Positions 11,890 to 24,311 of a stretch of DNA of 38,790 bases are shown here, piece after piece. The stretch is from assembly GCA_032718475.1 (NCBI GenBank), contig JAUCBJ010005291.1, positions 1 to 38,790 on the forward strand, written 5' to 3'. This stretch comes from Nemertoderma westbladi (lineage: Eukaryota > Animalia > Xenacoelomorpha). The stretch's first letter is position 1; every line of letters begins with the position of its first letter. The notes below the pieces were generated by a model that searched no databases, had not been told where the DNA came from, and worked only from the letters and a program-made list of their open reading frames with translations. The position numbers and the translations under genes were made by a program.

Positions 11890-12239
11890 ACTAGAAACAG
11901 CCTGTGGGGCGAGCCACGCAGTCAGGACGAGCCTTAGCGCACAATTATAATTAGTAAATAGGGCAAAATTTCATGTCCGTCTGTCTGTGTCTGTCTGTCC
12001 GTCTATCTGTCTGTACTCTGTAATGAAAAATTCATTCGTAAATGACTTTTTAAGATTTTAACCATATTCAACCAAATTTTGTATGGGCATACTAGAGAAA
12101 AAGTTCCAATATTTTTGAAAATTTGGCATCTTCCCGTTCCAAATATATTGGAACTTTTCCTCTCGAACTTTTAACTCCAGATCAAATCGAACTTGCTCAA
12201 GTTCGCGTGCTGCGCGACGCCCCACGGGCGTGTTCTAAT
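11890..12239. mobile_element. Helitron-like non-autonomous element(s)
   Basis: GTCT/GTCC microsatellite (~11975-12015); 3' hairpin ACGCCC-CAC-GGGCGT followed by TTCTAAT (CTAG-like) at 12217-12239; a related end in opposite orientation ACTAGAAACAGCCTGTGGGGCG at 11890-11911. Confidence 0.5.
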
Positions 12240-12244
12240 GAGCT

Positions 12245-13235
12245 GTCTAGATCAGTTATGTACTTGGCAGGATTTCCTCGACTTCTGGAGCCAGTAGGTG
12301 GAGTTATCATCACCCCATCATCATTTTGATTATCTAAGGACATGCTAAGAATGTTGTCAACCACAATTATGAACAAGAATGGTGCAAGTGTGTCTCCCTG
12401 GAGGACGCCCCATAACACTTCAAATGGTTCTGTGTTGCCGTCAACAGTAGACACAAAAGTTGTCGAACCATAGTATACTGATCTAACCCTATTAACTCTA
12501 TCTAACACTATATACTCCCCCTATTAACACTCTTTATTACATTGTATTCTTGACTCTTACGATATTTTACGTTTATATTATTAGATCTCTTATTATGTGT
12601 TAATGTTCAATGGAGTTTCCGTCGTCTTATTGCCCCTTACCGCTTATAATCCTATATTATTATCTTACATGTTGTCTATAATAAATACGCTCCTAATTGC
12701 CAATCAAATAAACAAATTATTCTTCTTTATGGGACGTAACCGTGTAAACTGGGTGAAATCCATCTATAGTTGAACATATTACAATCACATAGATCATCTT
12801 ATTGTTTTACACACAAGAGCATATCAATCGCTCTTACAGTTTATCCTTCCACCTTAGCAATAATTTCATCAGGAATCACATATAATGAAAGTATGCTGAA
12901 CATACGTGAGCGAGAGACTGAATCAAAGGCCTTGAAGAACTCAACAAAGATAACAGCCAGATGCCTGTCTTTCTTTTTTGATAACTCTTCAATTATCCTT
13001 CTAAGTTCCAAAATGGGCTTCATGGTCCCACGACCTTTACGGTACCCATTTTTCCACATAGTAGTCTCTCAATAGGATCCCTGATGCGATTTAATATAAT
13101 TCCATTTAGCTTTGCAGCAATCGAGATCAATGAGATTCCCCGAAAAGAACCATAGAGTGTTAGTTTACCCTTCTTGGGAACTGCCATCAACTTATTTGTT
13201 TTCATTTCTTGTGGGACTCTTGTTGTTCGGTACAT
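12245..13235 (-). pseudogene. RTE-like LINE reverse transcriptase relic, frameshifted and interrupted
   Basis: RT motifs PKKGKL...FRGISLISIAAK, FVEFFKAFDSVSR, GVLQGDTLAPFLFIIVVD and YITDLD across three frames; interrupted at ~12485-12856. Confidence 0.9.
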
Positions 13236-13661
13236 GTTAATACTGTATGTAGTTATACGGTATGTATGTACACTATATTATTGTGGTTGATGGTTTCACT
13301 TTTCAATTAACTAAAAATAACAACAAAACAAAATAATATATTTTATATTTAATCATAATATTTTACATTATTATCAAGGACAAACACGTAACATCCGACA
13401 CGTAACATCCAACACCGAAACTATTACCTTCATTGCCATTGTATTTCTAAAAACTCTCTGTGATCTAATGAAATATGTTATTTTGTATTACAAATAATAT
13501 AGACATATGTGAGGATAAAAATTTCAAATGCGTGATGAGGACAAAATATTTAAAAGATTTAAATTTTCGTTAAAAAAATGTCCGTTTTTAGTAAACATCC
13601 GACACCTCATCTTGTTTGTATTTATAGCCAATTTAAAATTTGCTAATTCGGAAAATTAACT

Positions 13662-13736
13662 GCTACACGAGACATTGATTGTTAGAAGTGGGTCTAAGCT
13701 ACACGAGACATTGATTGTTAGAAGTGGCTCTAAGCT
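13662..13736. repeat. 36-bp tandem duplication
   Basis: GCTACACGAGACATTGATTGTTAGAAGTGG(G/C)TCTAA x2. Confidence 0.9.
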
Positions 13737-14234
13737 TACTTTTCGTTCTTATTTCAGTATTTTTTTGTTGCTAAATAATCAGAAATACACAACACATACA
13801 GTGTATGTCGGTAACTTCCGAAACTATGGAACATCCCATACAATCAGAAAGTACTGTGTCTGGTTTGGTACCAACTAGATAAATAAACCAACTGCATTTT
13901 ATTTAGCAATTTTTTTGGAATCTATATTACCTTATGGCCGAAAAAAGTCTACAAAAATTTGTTTTGAGGAAAATAAATTTATTCATTGAAATTCTACATA
14001 AATTTTCATAACACAAGCCAAACAAAAGGAACAGTAGAGAAGAGTAAGTAGCAAATTGGTGATGTTCCAGAATAATTTAATTAATTTCACAATAGTGTAT
14101 GCTACAATTCAATGCGGAATGAATAAAATGTTGGCCTGTCACACGTAAATTGTTAGATCTCGGTAACTATAAGTCGCATCCAATTTTTAAATATATCAAA
14201 CACTTCACAATATATTAATCTTCTAAATTTAGAA

Positions 14235-14350
14235 GGCGTGGTAGCTCAGTTGGTTGGGCGCTGGGCCTTCAATCTATTGGTTATAGGGTCAGCCCCGCCA
14301 GGGTCCACTCAGCCTTTCATCCACTTGGTGGGATAGGAGTAGCGCCCACC
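14235..14350 (+). mobile_element. tRNA-derived SINE relic
   Basis: A box TAGCTCAGTTGG in GGCGTGGTAGCTCAGTTGGTTGGGCGC; decayed B box; followed by CCACTCAGCCTTTCATCC...GGGATAG, a central motif common in metazoan SINEs. No acceptor stem. Confidence 0.65.
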
Positions 14351-14489
14351 CCTACCCGACTGTTTGCTTTGCTTGAAATTTAAAAAAAATATACAATTCC
14401 AATTGTAAATTTGGGCTTGCTGCAGTTATTTTAGGCGTAATTTATGTATTTGTTTTAGTTTAAAACCCACAATAGTTTATAATATAAAT

Positions 14490-15260
14490 ATAATTAATAC
14501 ATTAACAAAAATAACAGTTCCTCCACGACGGAGTTTGCCCATTTTTCTATTGTCATAAACAGGGGGATAACCGGGTAATTTGTAAAAGTCAGCAAAGTCG
14601 TTATCAGTTATAAATGTTTCGGTTAGAGTAATTACATCGAATTTAAAATTTGGAATGGTGAGAAAATCAGTTAGAGCTGATGAGTATTTTGGTAGGCTAC
14701 GACAATTGAAATTAAAGATAGATAGCGAATTATTTGGCTTCAATTTTGCAAATTTTTCGTTAAATTGCATTTCTGAGATAATAGACCTACCATTCAACCA
14801 TTGTTGATATGGAGATCTAATAAATGATTATCAGGGTCAATTTGGTTGAAAATTTGGTTTAAAATGTCTGTAGTATTTTGACTAGGGCGGACATTACTTA
14901 TTTTCAGACTGAAAGATATCAGAATCGTATCGTCGTTATCGTCTGGAAAGGAAAAATTTCAATAATACACAATAAGTTGCAGAAGTTTTCAGTGAACGTT
15001 GGAGGAACGCCGGAATTGGAAAGTGAAAGGTGAGACTCGCACGGATAGTGATAATTATATTTAAAAAAACAGATAGAGCATATTGTAAACGTAATATCAG
15101 AGAGGACGAAAATGTAGTGCAACAGAAGAAGCAAGAGGTAGCCTGGGGAGAAGGTACTGGTGGGGAATGAGAATACATGCAAAGATAAGAGCCGAAATAT
15201 TAACTTAGTCATTGAGTTATTCTCATTGCCCGCCTGACTACGAAAGCGAAAACACAACTG
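14490..15260 (-). pseudogene. CR1/L2-group LINE ORF2 N-terminus (AP endonuclease), 3'-truncated
   Basis: SIFNFNCRSL, FDVITLTETF, YKLPGY and NRK..RRGGTVIFV are APE motifs; upstream FNQIDPDNHL (~14820-14850) and a hydrophobic leader are typical of invertebrate CR1-group ORF2. Confidence 0.8.
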
Positions 15261-15611
15261 GAAATTAACAAAAACAACAACACCAACAACAACAACAAAA
15301 CAACTTACAATAGAGTGAATACTAGAAGTCTCCCTACGTGGAGTGCGGACCGAAAAATTGGCGAGTGTTTATATGGAACATTTGAAAGAGCACCTACCAA
15401 TAAAGGTCAATAATAGGCCTATGCTTGCTTCAGAATCAAAACAAAAATTGTGTTCCGAAGTGCTTCCATTTTTCAACAAACAGACAAAGGGTTTGGTTTA
15501 CTGGTACTTTTGTTTGGAATGGCTGTAGGGGTAGGCTACATTATTACTGTTTTTTAGTGTACTGGCTGACCCCGACCGATACGTTATCGGCCTATTAGTG
15601 TAGGCTGCTGT

Positions 15612-15686
15612 TCTCATAATCGTATAATATACAGTATCTCATAATCGTATAATATACAGTATCTCATAATCGTATAATATACAGTA
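15612..15686. repeat. Perfect 25-bp tandem repeat x3
   Basis: TCTCATAATCGTATAATATACAGTA at 15612, 15637 and 15662. Confidence 0.95.
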
Positions 15687-16012
15687 GTCATCATAACTGG
15701 ATAGGCAGATAGGCCTACTGTCAGACTGTTGTAGTGTAGCCTAGGGGGCTTTGCGTAGATATTTGATCTATATGTCGTAAAATATAATATTTACAAATCA
15801 ATATATTTATTCTCTATGGTGTAATTGATAAGTGAACTCTATTGTGTAATCGATTGGTGTATTCTATTGTGCAATTGATTCATATATTAATTACCACAAT
15901 ATACAATGTAAGGTACTGCAAAAAAAAAAAAAAAGCGTAGGCCTTGTTCAGTTGTTCAGTTGTTATAATTTTTTTTACTTTAATTGGACTGTTGGAAGCT
16001 TGGTCTACACAG

Positions 16013-18453
16013 TAGGGCTCGATCGGAGCTCCGGCCTCCGGCTCCGGCCATTTTGGCACCTCCGGCTCCTGCTCCGGCTCCGGTAAAAATATTGCCGGAG
16101 TTAATTTTTTAATAAAGTATTATATTTCGTGCATATTCTAATCTGAACAATTATTTAACACTATAAGTAGGCCTACTGTAGTACAGCTTCAATATCAAGT
16201 ATAATCTGACTGTCTGATAATACTGCAGTCTGGCTGTCTGGCAGTATTTATACTTAAAGTCAATGACTGGCTGACTGTACTGCAGTCTGGCAGTAGGCCT
16301 ACTGGTACTGGCCAGCTGGCTGACTAGCAGACTATTACAGATAGGCAGATAGGCTAGGCCCTACTTTAAAAAATTGTAAATGCTATGATTGTACACTGTC
16401 AGACTGTACCACTGCAGCCATTTACTGCTGTCAAGCATGCCAGCATACTGTACTGCAGTACTGGTACACGTACGGTAGGCTACCTACAGTAAGGTACAGT
16501 CAGCCAGTTCATGTCTTTTGTACAGCCAGATGGGGGCTGGATTCTGCAGTTTTTAAGTGGAAATCCCCGTAGCTTATCATTGGAATTTTTAAACTTAAAC
16601 GGGCACTCTCAATAAAATTTGGGCACGAAGATATTAGTATCATTAGAACCGGCTTTAAATTCTACACCTTGACGTGCTTGTACAATAAATTTAGAGCTTG
16701 TATGAAGAAGTTATTGTAAATAATATAATTAAATCAAAAATCCAGCCAGATGATATTTACCAGCCAGATGGTGTCCAAACATAACCTCTCTGAGATCAAT
16801 CAGAGAGCCGACGTACTAGTATGTCACTCAAAAGCTCCGTATTGCCAGATGGCTGCCAATTATTTACAGCTCACTGGACTCTACATACATACATACCAGT
16901 ACCATTGACACAACAGCAACAGACTAACCAACCAACTAATAGACTACCGAATCCACAGCCCATACTCTGATACTGCAATACTAGTGGCAAGCCAAGTAGC
17001 CTAAAACGCCGTGGGGGATATATCACCCAGTAAGCTTAGCCTACTATAACAAACTGCAGAACTTTATTTAGCTCAACAGCTGTAGTTTCATAAGGCTGTA
17101 CTAAAAAAATAAAATTAGATTCGTCATTGTTCATAATTAGCACATTAAAGCTTTTACTGCCCTCGTTCTATTATTTCACTCACTGTCGCTAGGGAAACAA
17201 AATCACTCGTGCTGTAACGCTATAAAAGTTCTATTTTGTGAACAATGACGTATATATAGTTAATATTATTAAACTATCAACTATACCATCAGACCATGGC
17301 ATGACCGATGACCGCAATACTCAATTAGATAATATGTAATGTAAGGTAAAGTAAGGTTAATTACTTTATTAGGTAATATGTAAGGTTAATTACTTTATTG
17401 GCTAATATGTTATGTAAGTTTATTACTTTATTATGTAATATGTATAAGGTTAATTGCCATCCATGTATTTAGATTATTCAATTATGAATATTTTCATAAG
17501 CCATGTGCCATGTCACAATGTCTATTGTCTATCAGTAGCAGCCAGCTTATGGCTTGTGTATGAGAGAGGAAAAGTTACATCCAAAGCACAAACAGATAAC
17601 GCTGTATAATTTAACGCATTTTAAACTTTAACACAAAATCAACTTATTATTACAACTTACAAACTTAACGTAAGGTTAATTCAGCATCTACAGTTCACAG
17701 TTGTAATCCAGGCACAGCACCAAGCACCAAGGGGCGCCTCTATTTCAGTTATACCCAACCTCCCACAGAGCGGCTACATCACAAGAACACCTGCAAGCAT
17801 TGCGGCTATATCACAAGAAAATCTGTCAAGCATTGCGGCTACATCACAAGAAAGTCTGTCAATCATTTATCAGAGCTGGAGAGGGTTAACTCCTTCAAAT
17901 CATACTGAACAAAGCAGCCCGATAACGGAACTGCAATTGGCCAGCCAGTTGATATCCAGACCAGCCAGGTGCGGGCTGGTGTTTCTATGAACTGGCTGGA
18001 AAAAAGTGAGATTTCATCTGGCTGCACAAAACCTCTAACTGGCTGACTGTACCTTACTGACCTACAGTACACACCTCTCTGCCTCTACCAGTCTACCACA
18101 GTTAGACAGTTAGCGAGTTAGGTACCGGTACTGTAGGTAATTTTTAGCCGTCAGCGTCAGGCCGTCGCCGTCAGCATCAGGCCGTCGCCGTCAGCGTCAG
18201 GCCGTCTGTCCGTGATAAATTAATTACTTAAAGTTTAAATTGAAAATTCGTAAATCTATAAATTATGAAATTAATTAGACCTACAGTATGATTGATTATG
18301 AGCGATTGGCGAACGATAACCATACTTTATTTTTTTTAAATAAATAATTAAATTTTGAAAATTTTGAAAAACTCCGGCTCCGGCTCCGGCCAAATTGTCC
18401 AACTCCGGCTCCTGCTCCGGCTCCGGCCAAATCCCAACTCCGATCGAGCCCTA
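16013..18453 (+). mobile_element. hAT-like MITE family A, copy 1 (with a nested insertion)
   Basis: TIR TAGGGCTCGATCGGAG / CTCCGATCGAGCCCTA; perfect 8-bp TSD CTACACAG (16005-16012, 18454-18461); subterminal GGCTCC repeats. Strand is an arbitrary reference orientation. Confidence 0.93.
16487..18059. mobile_element. TIR element nested in hAT copy 1
   Basis: 23-bp perfect TIR CAGTAAGGTACAGTCAGCCAGTT / AACTGGCTGACTGTACCTTACTG; ACCTA duplicated (16482-16486, 18060-18064); absent from copies 2 and 3. Contains ~29-bp (17330-17455) and ~31-bp (17770-17862) tandem repeats and a small IR element (~17121-17251). Confidence 0.85.
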
Positions 18454-19251
18454 CTACACAGTCAGACAATCTGACAGTTCTGCAGTTTGTCCTATCCTAC
18501 AGTCAGACAGTCCTAATTCCTTTCCTACCTGTGCCGTCAAACCGTTCAGCCGATAACAGGATAACACTTTACAATACAGCAATAGGCTGATAGGACAATT
18601 ACAATATTTGAGAACCTTTTTAGGGTAGGCCTACCAGCTGAGCTGACCAGCCTACCGGTACCGTCAGGCAGTCAGTTAGGGTAAGATACCCCAATTCCGG
18701 ACAGAATTCGAGAATTTTCCTTTATTGTAGCTCAGACTGTCAGAGCTCAACCATAGTTTCCTCCAATCAAAAGATGATTCTAACAGTACAGGACATTATC
18801 CTACATCAAAATAAAATCTTAACATTGAGTGCCCAGCGCCCCTATTGAAAAGTTTTACATGTACGCCGAGCAGCCGAGCACGTTCGGCGCAGCACTAGAA
18901 CTTGCGCCGGAAGGTGGCGCAGAAATGTGCTACGCCTGGTAAACAAGCTGACAAGTCCCTAAAAGGTGCCACCCTGCTCCATAGCGCGGGAAATTCAAAT
19001 GATTGAAAGACATGTAATTTGTACTGGAAAGGGTGGCAGATCAGATCTGCTACCTATATTTTGGCGGTAAATTCAAATCTGTTTTAACATTGAATACATG
19101 AATAGAGTAAGACTTAAATGTAATTCATTGAATCAGAATAAATTATTTCTTATCGGTTTAACTCACTCATCCGTTATTGTTGTTGTTTTAGCTATTCTGG
19201 GACTTCGAGCAGCACGTGAACAACTAAGCTGACTGGTTATCTAGTCTGGGG

Positions 19252-20073
19252 CCAGGTTGGAATTCATGCATGAGCGCGCAGGTACGCTTTGTTGTTTTGA
19301 GATCACCGCGCACCTGAAATTGGCTCGTCGCGCACCTCATCATCCATACAAAATCGCGCAGCTCATGTCATGCATATCTCAAAAAATCGTGCAGGTCATA
19401 TGAACAATTTTACATTCCTATTTTACAAGTTTGAGCGTTTTAAGCTTATCTTAGTACGGCTGTCTGTCTGTACGTTGAATCTACATAATACATGTAATTT
19501 TTGCAACATCAAAATTGTTAATATTAAAAAATATTTTTTGAATCCACTACATTTAGACATTTACATTTGAAAATACATTAACTCTACTGTATAAAATTTG
19601 AATAAATATGCAATAGTTAAGTTATACTTATAATACATTGTTACTTCTGACTTTACCTGTTTACTAACGTAACATAGGCAATAGGCATAGGCTGATAGGC
19701 CTAATAACAATAGAGTACTGTCTGACTGTCACTGTAAATAAATAAATGACATAATAAATAGACAAATTCAGCTCCGGTTGCCTGTACAGTATTATGGAGA
19801 AATGATGTGACAGTTTGAAGAATTGGAAATGAGAAATAACGCGAGCGAAGCGAGCGAAATTTTTTTTGTGTATTTTCGTGATTTCAATTAATTTGTGGCG
19901 CGCATCAGAGCTGCGCGCTGAGGCGCAACGCGCACCTGTCTCACCCAAACGCGCAACGCGCACCTGTCTCACCCGAACGCGCACCTGTCTCACCCAAACG
20001 CGCAACGCGCATCTGGTTTGCGGTCATTCGCGCAGGTACGCGTCCGAGTTTTGCAGCATGAATTCCAACCTGG
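19252..20073. mobile_element. Non-autonomous DNA transposon (8-bp TSD, hAT-like) nested in the foldback arm
   Basis: TIR CCAGGTTGGAATTCATGC / GCATGAATTCCAACCTGG; perfect TSD GTCTGGGG (19244-19251, 20074-20081); subterminal CGCGCACCTG repeats. Confidence 0.9.
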
Positions 20074-21589
20074 GTCTGGGGCTTCGAGCAGCACATGAAC
20101 AACTAAGCTGACTGGTTAACTAGTCTGGTACTTCGAGCAGCACGTGAACAACTAAACTGGCTGGTTACCTAGTCTGGTTCTTCGAGCAGCACGTGAACAA
20201 CTAAACCTGACGTTAACTAGTCTGGGGCTTAGAGCAGCACGTGAACAACTAAACTGGCTGGTTACTAGGGCTCGATCGGAGTTGGGATTTGGCCGGAGCA
20301 GGAGCCGGAGTTGGACAATTTGGCCGGAGCCGGAGCAGGAGCCGGAGTTTTTCAAAATTTAAAAAATTTAATTATTTATTTAAAAAAAAATAAAGTATGG
20401 TTATCGATCGCCAATCGCTCATAATCAATCCTACTGTAGGTCTAATTAATTTCATAATTTATAGATTTACGAATTTTCAATTTAAAATTTAAGTAATTAA
20501 TCTATCACGGATAGGGTTCAACAGAAGGCACTTTATGGGGCCGAACCGAACCGAACCGAAGCAGGGCCAACTTCGGGCCGAACCGAACCGAATCCGAACC
20601 GAAGTTCAGAAAGTTAGCAAGTTATGGTCATAAATTCGTATTTACGTCACTATACTGGCTGACTGGCAGTGGCAGACTGGTACCTATTTGGTCTGCGGAC
20701 TTAGCAAGAAAGCTATGATTAATTAAAAAAATAAGTACTACAAAATAAAATGGCAATATTTACATTACTGTACATTACTAACCTAAACTACTGTATACTT
20801 ACTGTATGCACCACATTTTCACCTGTAGTAAAGTAAGCCGTACAGTAGTGACATCAAATTTAGAAAACCTCACTAAAAGTACAGGTAGTCTTTGTAATAC
20901 TATTTATATGAGGTAGTAGGTATATTTGGTATTATGTATCAAAGTTATGATTAATCAAAAAATAGGTACTACAAAGTAAAACAGCAATATTTAGCCTAAC
21001 CTAAACTACTATATAATTAAGCTAATTTTGAAACTACCCAAGTAACCTGGAAACAATTAAAAAAATAATGCCATTTAAATGGAAGTTTAGTCCAAAATTA
21101 AGTGTGTAAACGTTAAGCAGACAGGGTGCGCTGCAGACAGTGGTGCAGACACTGGTGCAGAGGCGCAGACACTGGCAGTCGGTGATATAGGCGATTTTGG
21201 ACTTATTACAATTTTGGAACTTTGTGCGAGGGTAGATTCCGAAATCGGAATACACTCCAAAATTGGACTTTTCTAAATTAAAAAAAAATATTTTAAAGTC
21301 CTGCAAGTATATTTCCATCATAAATTCTATCATTTTTCAATAAATATGTTTTTTGTGCCAAATTCATTATTCCTACCATGCTTTTGCAGAAATGTATTCA
21401 TACATTCCAAAATTGGACTTTGTTTGCAGAGATGCTATGGGGGATGACTGCTGTACCGTAACACTAGTAACAAGGTACAGGGGTCCGACCATAAGGCTAT
21501 ATGGACACAACTAGAGCTGTACCCTGTGCAGCTGTACAGCACAGTTTTACGCTAGAAGCACAGCTGCAGCTAGACCCTAGACCAAGCAG

Positions 21590-21830
21590 CAGCTTGGTCT
21601 ATTGGTGACATTCCTGGGCTTCCAATTAAGCCCAAGGAAGCCCAGTTTCGATCCCTAGATGGTCCTTGTGAGTGGTCGATAAATGGGAACCAAGGCAACT
21701 TTGGAAAACATAATGGAAGAGGTTTACTATAGAATATCATCCATGGTGGTGAACAGGCATTCCTTGGCTTAATGAGCCTAAAAAGATTATCCCATTCAAT
21801 CAGCCTCAGCCAATATCATGAATTGGGGTG
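21590..21830 (+). mobile_element. SINE-like relic
   Basis: Decayed A box (TGGTCTATTGG), B-box-like GTTTCGATCCC (~21645), then GGTCGATAAATGGGAACC resembling a SINE central domain. Confidence 0.5.
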
Positions 21831-21889
21831 TTAGCTATGATGGAAAATAAATAGACCTCTTAATCGTTTCAATAATATATTGTTTTAGT

Positions 21890-22392
21890 GTCTCATGTGC
21901 TGCGCGAAGGCCTTTGAACCGTTTCAACAGATTGCTTTAGTATCTCACATACTGCGCGAACGCGAAGGTATCTTAAACGTTTCAACAGTTTGTTACACAA
22001 TGTTGGAGTACGCCACGTGCTGCGCGAAGGTCTCTTAAACGTTTCAACAGCTTGTTACACAATGTTACAGTGCGCCACGTGCTGCGCGAAGGTCTCTCAA
22101 ACGTTTCAACAGATTGTTACACAATGTTACAGTAAGCCACATGCTGCGCGATTTGAACTGCTTGTTACACAATGTTACAGTGCGCCACGTGCTGCGCGAA
22201 GGTCTCTCAAACGTTTCAACAGATTGTTACACAATGTTACAGTAAGCCACGTGGTGTGCGAAGGTCTCTTAAACATTTGAACAGCTTGTTACACAATGTT
22301 ACAGTGCGCCACGTGCTGCGCGAAGGTCTTTCAAACGTTTCAACAGATTGTTACACAATGTTACAGTTCGCCACATGCTGCGCAATGGTCTC
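21890..22392. repeat. 62-bp tandem array (~8 units, alternating variants)
   Basis: CCACGTGCTGCGCGAAGGTCTCTTAAACGTTTCAACAGCTTGTTACACAATGTTACAGTGCG at 22013, 22075, 22137 and onward. Confidence 0.92.
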
Positions 22393-22632
22393 TCCACCAG
22401 TGTCTGCACCAGTGTCTGCACCACTGTCTGCACCACTGTCTGCACCACTGTCTGCACCACTGTCTGCACCACTGTCTGCATCAGTGTCTGCACCACTGTC
22501 TGCACCTGTGTCTGCACCACTGTCTGCACCAGTGCGTGCAACACTGTCTGCACCAGGTGTCTGCACCACTGTCTGCATCTTTGTCTGCTGTCTGCACCAC
22601 TGTCTGCTCTGCCTGTCTGCACCAGTGTCTGC
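22393..22632. repeat. 12-bp minisatellite (TGTCTGCACCAC)n
   Basis: About 19 units; a short inverted copy with the same flank (TGTAAACGTTAAGCAGACA) lies at ~21104-21175. Confidence 0.92.
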
Positions 22633-24311
22633 TTAACGTTTACATTCCAAAATTAATTAGTACAACCTGACAACGATGGACAGATTGATTAGTCTTACTG
22701 TCTTCTGGTCTTAGCTCAATCAGTCAATGTAATATTTGGAATATTTAGCAAAGTTTGCTCCGGGCTTCTGCAGCATCAACTGCAGAAGCCGAACCGAACC
22801 GAAATTGCCAAACTTCGGCCCGAACCGAACCGAAGCCGAAGCTTCTGTTGAGCCCTAATCACGGACAGACGGCCTGACGCTGACGGCGACGGCCTGACGC
22901 TGACGGCTAAAAATTACCTACAGTACCTAACTCACTAACTGTCTGACTGTGGTAGAGGTGTGTACTGTAGGTAGCCTACTGTACGTGTACCAGTTGCCAG
23001 TACTGCAGTACAGTATGCTGACATGACAGCAGTAAATGGCTGCAGTGGTACAGTCTGACAGTGTACAATCATAGCATTTACAATTTTTTACAGTAGGGCC
23101 TATCTGTAATAGTCTGCTAGTCAGCCAGCTGGCCAGTACTGCAGTACAGTCAGTCAGTCATTGACTTTAAGTAAATACTGCAGTATTATCAGATTATACT
23201 TGATATTGAAGCTGTACTACAGTACTTATAGTGTTAAATAATTGTTCAGATTATAATATGCACGAAATATAATACTTTATTAAAAAATTAACTCCAGCAA
23301 TATTTTTACCGGAGCCGGAGCAGGAGCCGGAGGTTCCAAAATGGCCGGGCCGGAGCCGGAGGCCGGAGCTCCGATCGAGCCCTACTGGTTACCTAGTCTG
23401 GTACTTCGAGCAGCACGTGAACAACTAAACCAGCACGTTAACTAGTTTGGGGCTTCGAGCAGCACGTGAACAAATAAACTGACTGGTTAACTAGTCTGGA
23501 ACTTCGAGCAAAATTGCAAATTGAGGAGGGGGGGGGGATCGAGGTATTTGGCTTAAGTTCTATCAGTAAAATGTAAAGAACATTTATTATTTTCTTGTAT
23601 CAGTGTTATAATTACATCAGAACATTATAATTATAACAATATAGCAGGGAACTGATAGTAAAATATATCGCAGGTAATCCTACTGTAATAACAATAGGTG
23701 TATAATGCTTCTGCCTATACTGCTATATCTGTTCCAGACAAGTACCAGACTATAAAAATAGTTAACCAGTCAGCTTAGTTGTTTAGGTGCTGCTCGAAGT
23801 CCCAGACTTGTTACCAGACTGCTTAGTTGTACACGTGATGCTCGAAATCCCAGACTAGTTAACCAGCCAGCTTAGTTTTTCACGTGCTGCTCGAAGTCCC
23901 AGACTAGTTAACGTGCTGGTTTAGTTGTTCACGTGGTGCTCGAAGCCCCAGACAACCGGTAGTTAGCGTGCTGGTTTAATTGTTCACGTGCTGCTCGAAG
24001 TCCCAGACTAGGTAACCAGCCAGTTTAGTTGTTCACGTGGTGCTCGAAGCCCCAGACTACCGGTAGTTAGCGTGCTGGTTTAATTGTTCACGTGCTGCTC
24101 GAAGCCCCAGAATAGATAAATCAACAACATTAACGGATGAGTGAGTTAAACCGATAATAAATAATTTATTCTGATTCAATGAATTACATTGGCAGATTGG
24201 TCTTACTCTATTCATGTATTCAATGTTAAAACAGATTTGAATTTACCGCCAATATATAGGTGGCAGATCTGATCTGCCACCCTTTCCAGTACAAATAACA
24301 TGTATTTCAAT

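Larger units (their letters stand above)
20512..22857. mobile_element. hAT-like element family B nested in family A copy 2
   Basis: TIR TAGGG(T/C)TCAACAGAAG; perfect TSD ATCACGGA (20504-20511, 22858-22865); subterminal CCGAA repeats. Confidence 0.92.
20266..23384 (-). mobile_element. hAT-like MITE family A, copy 2 (inverted relative to copy 1)
   Basis: Same TIRs as copy 1; perfect TSD CTGGTTAC (20258-20265, 23385-23392) inside a 49-bp foldback repeat unit. Confidence 0.93.

Noticed and set aside
12197-12260. Apparent second in-frame FADD deletion (ITDLD-SSLEHAR) in the first LINE
   Set aside because: The sequence after DLD is better explained as the junction with the Helitron-like 3' end, so a shared deletion cannot be claimed.
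21990-22670. Cys/His-rich or repetitive ORFs (CLHH, VCTT, SAPL)
   Set aside because: Translations of the 62-bp and 12-bp tandem repeats, open in nearly all frames.
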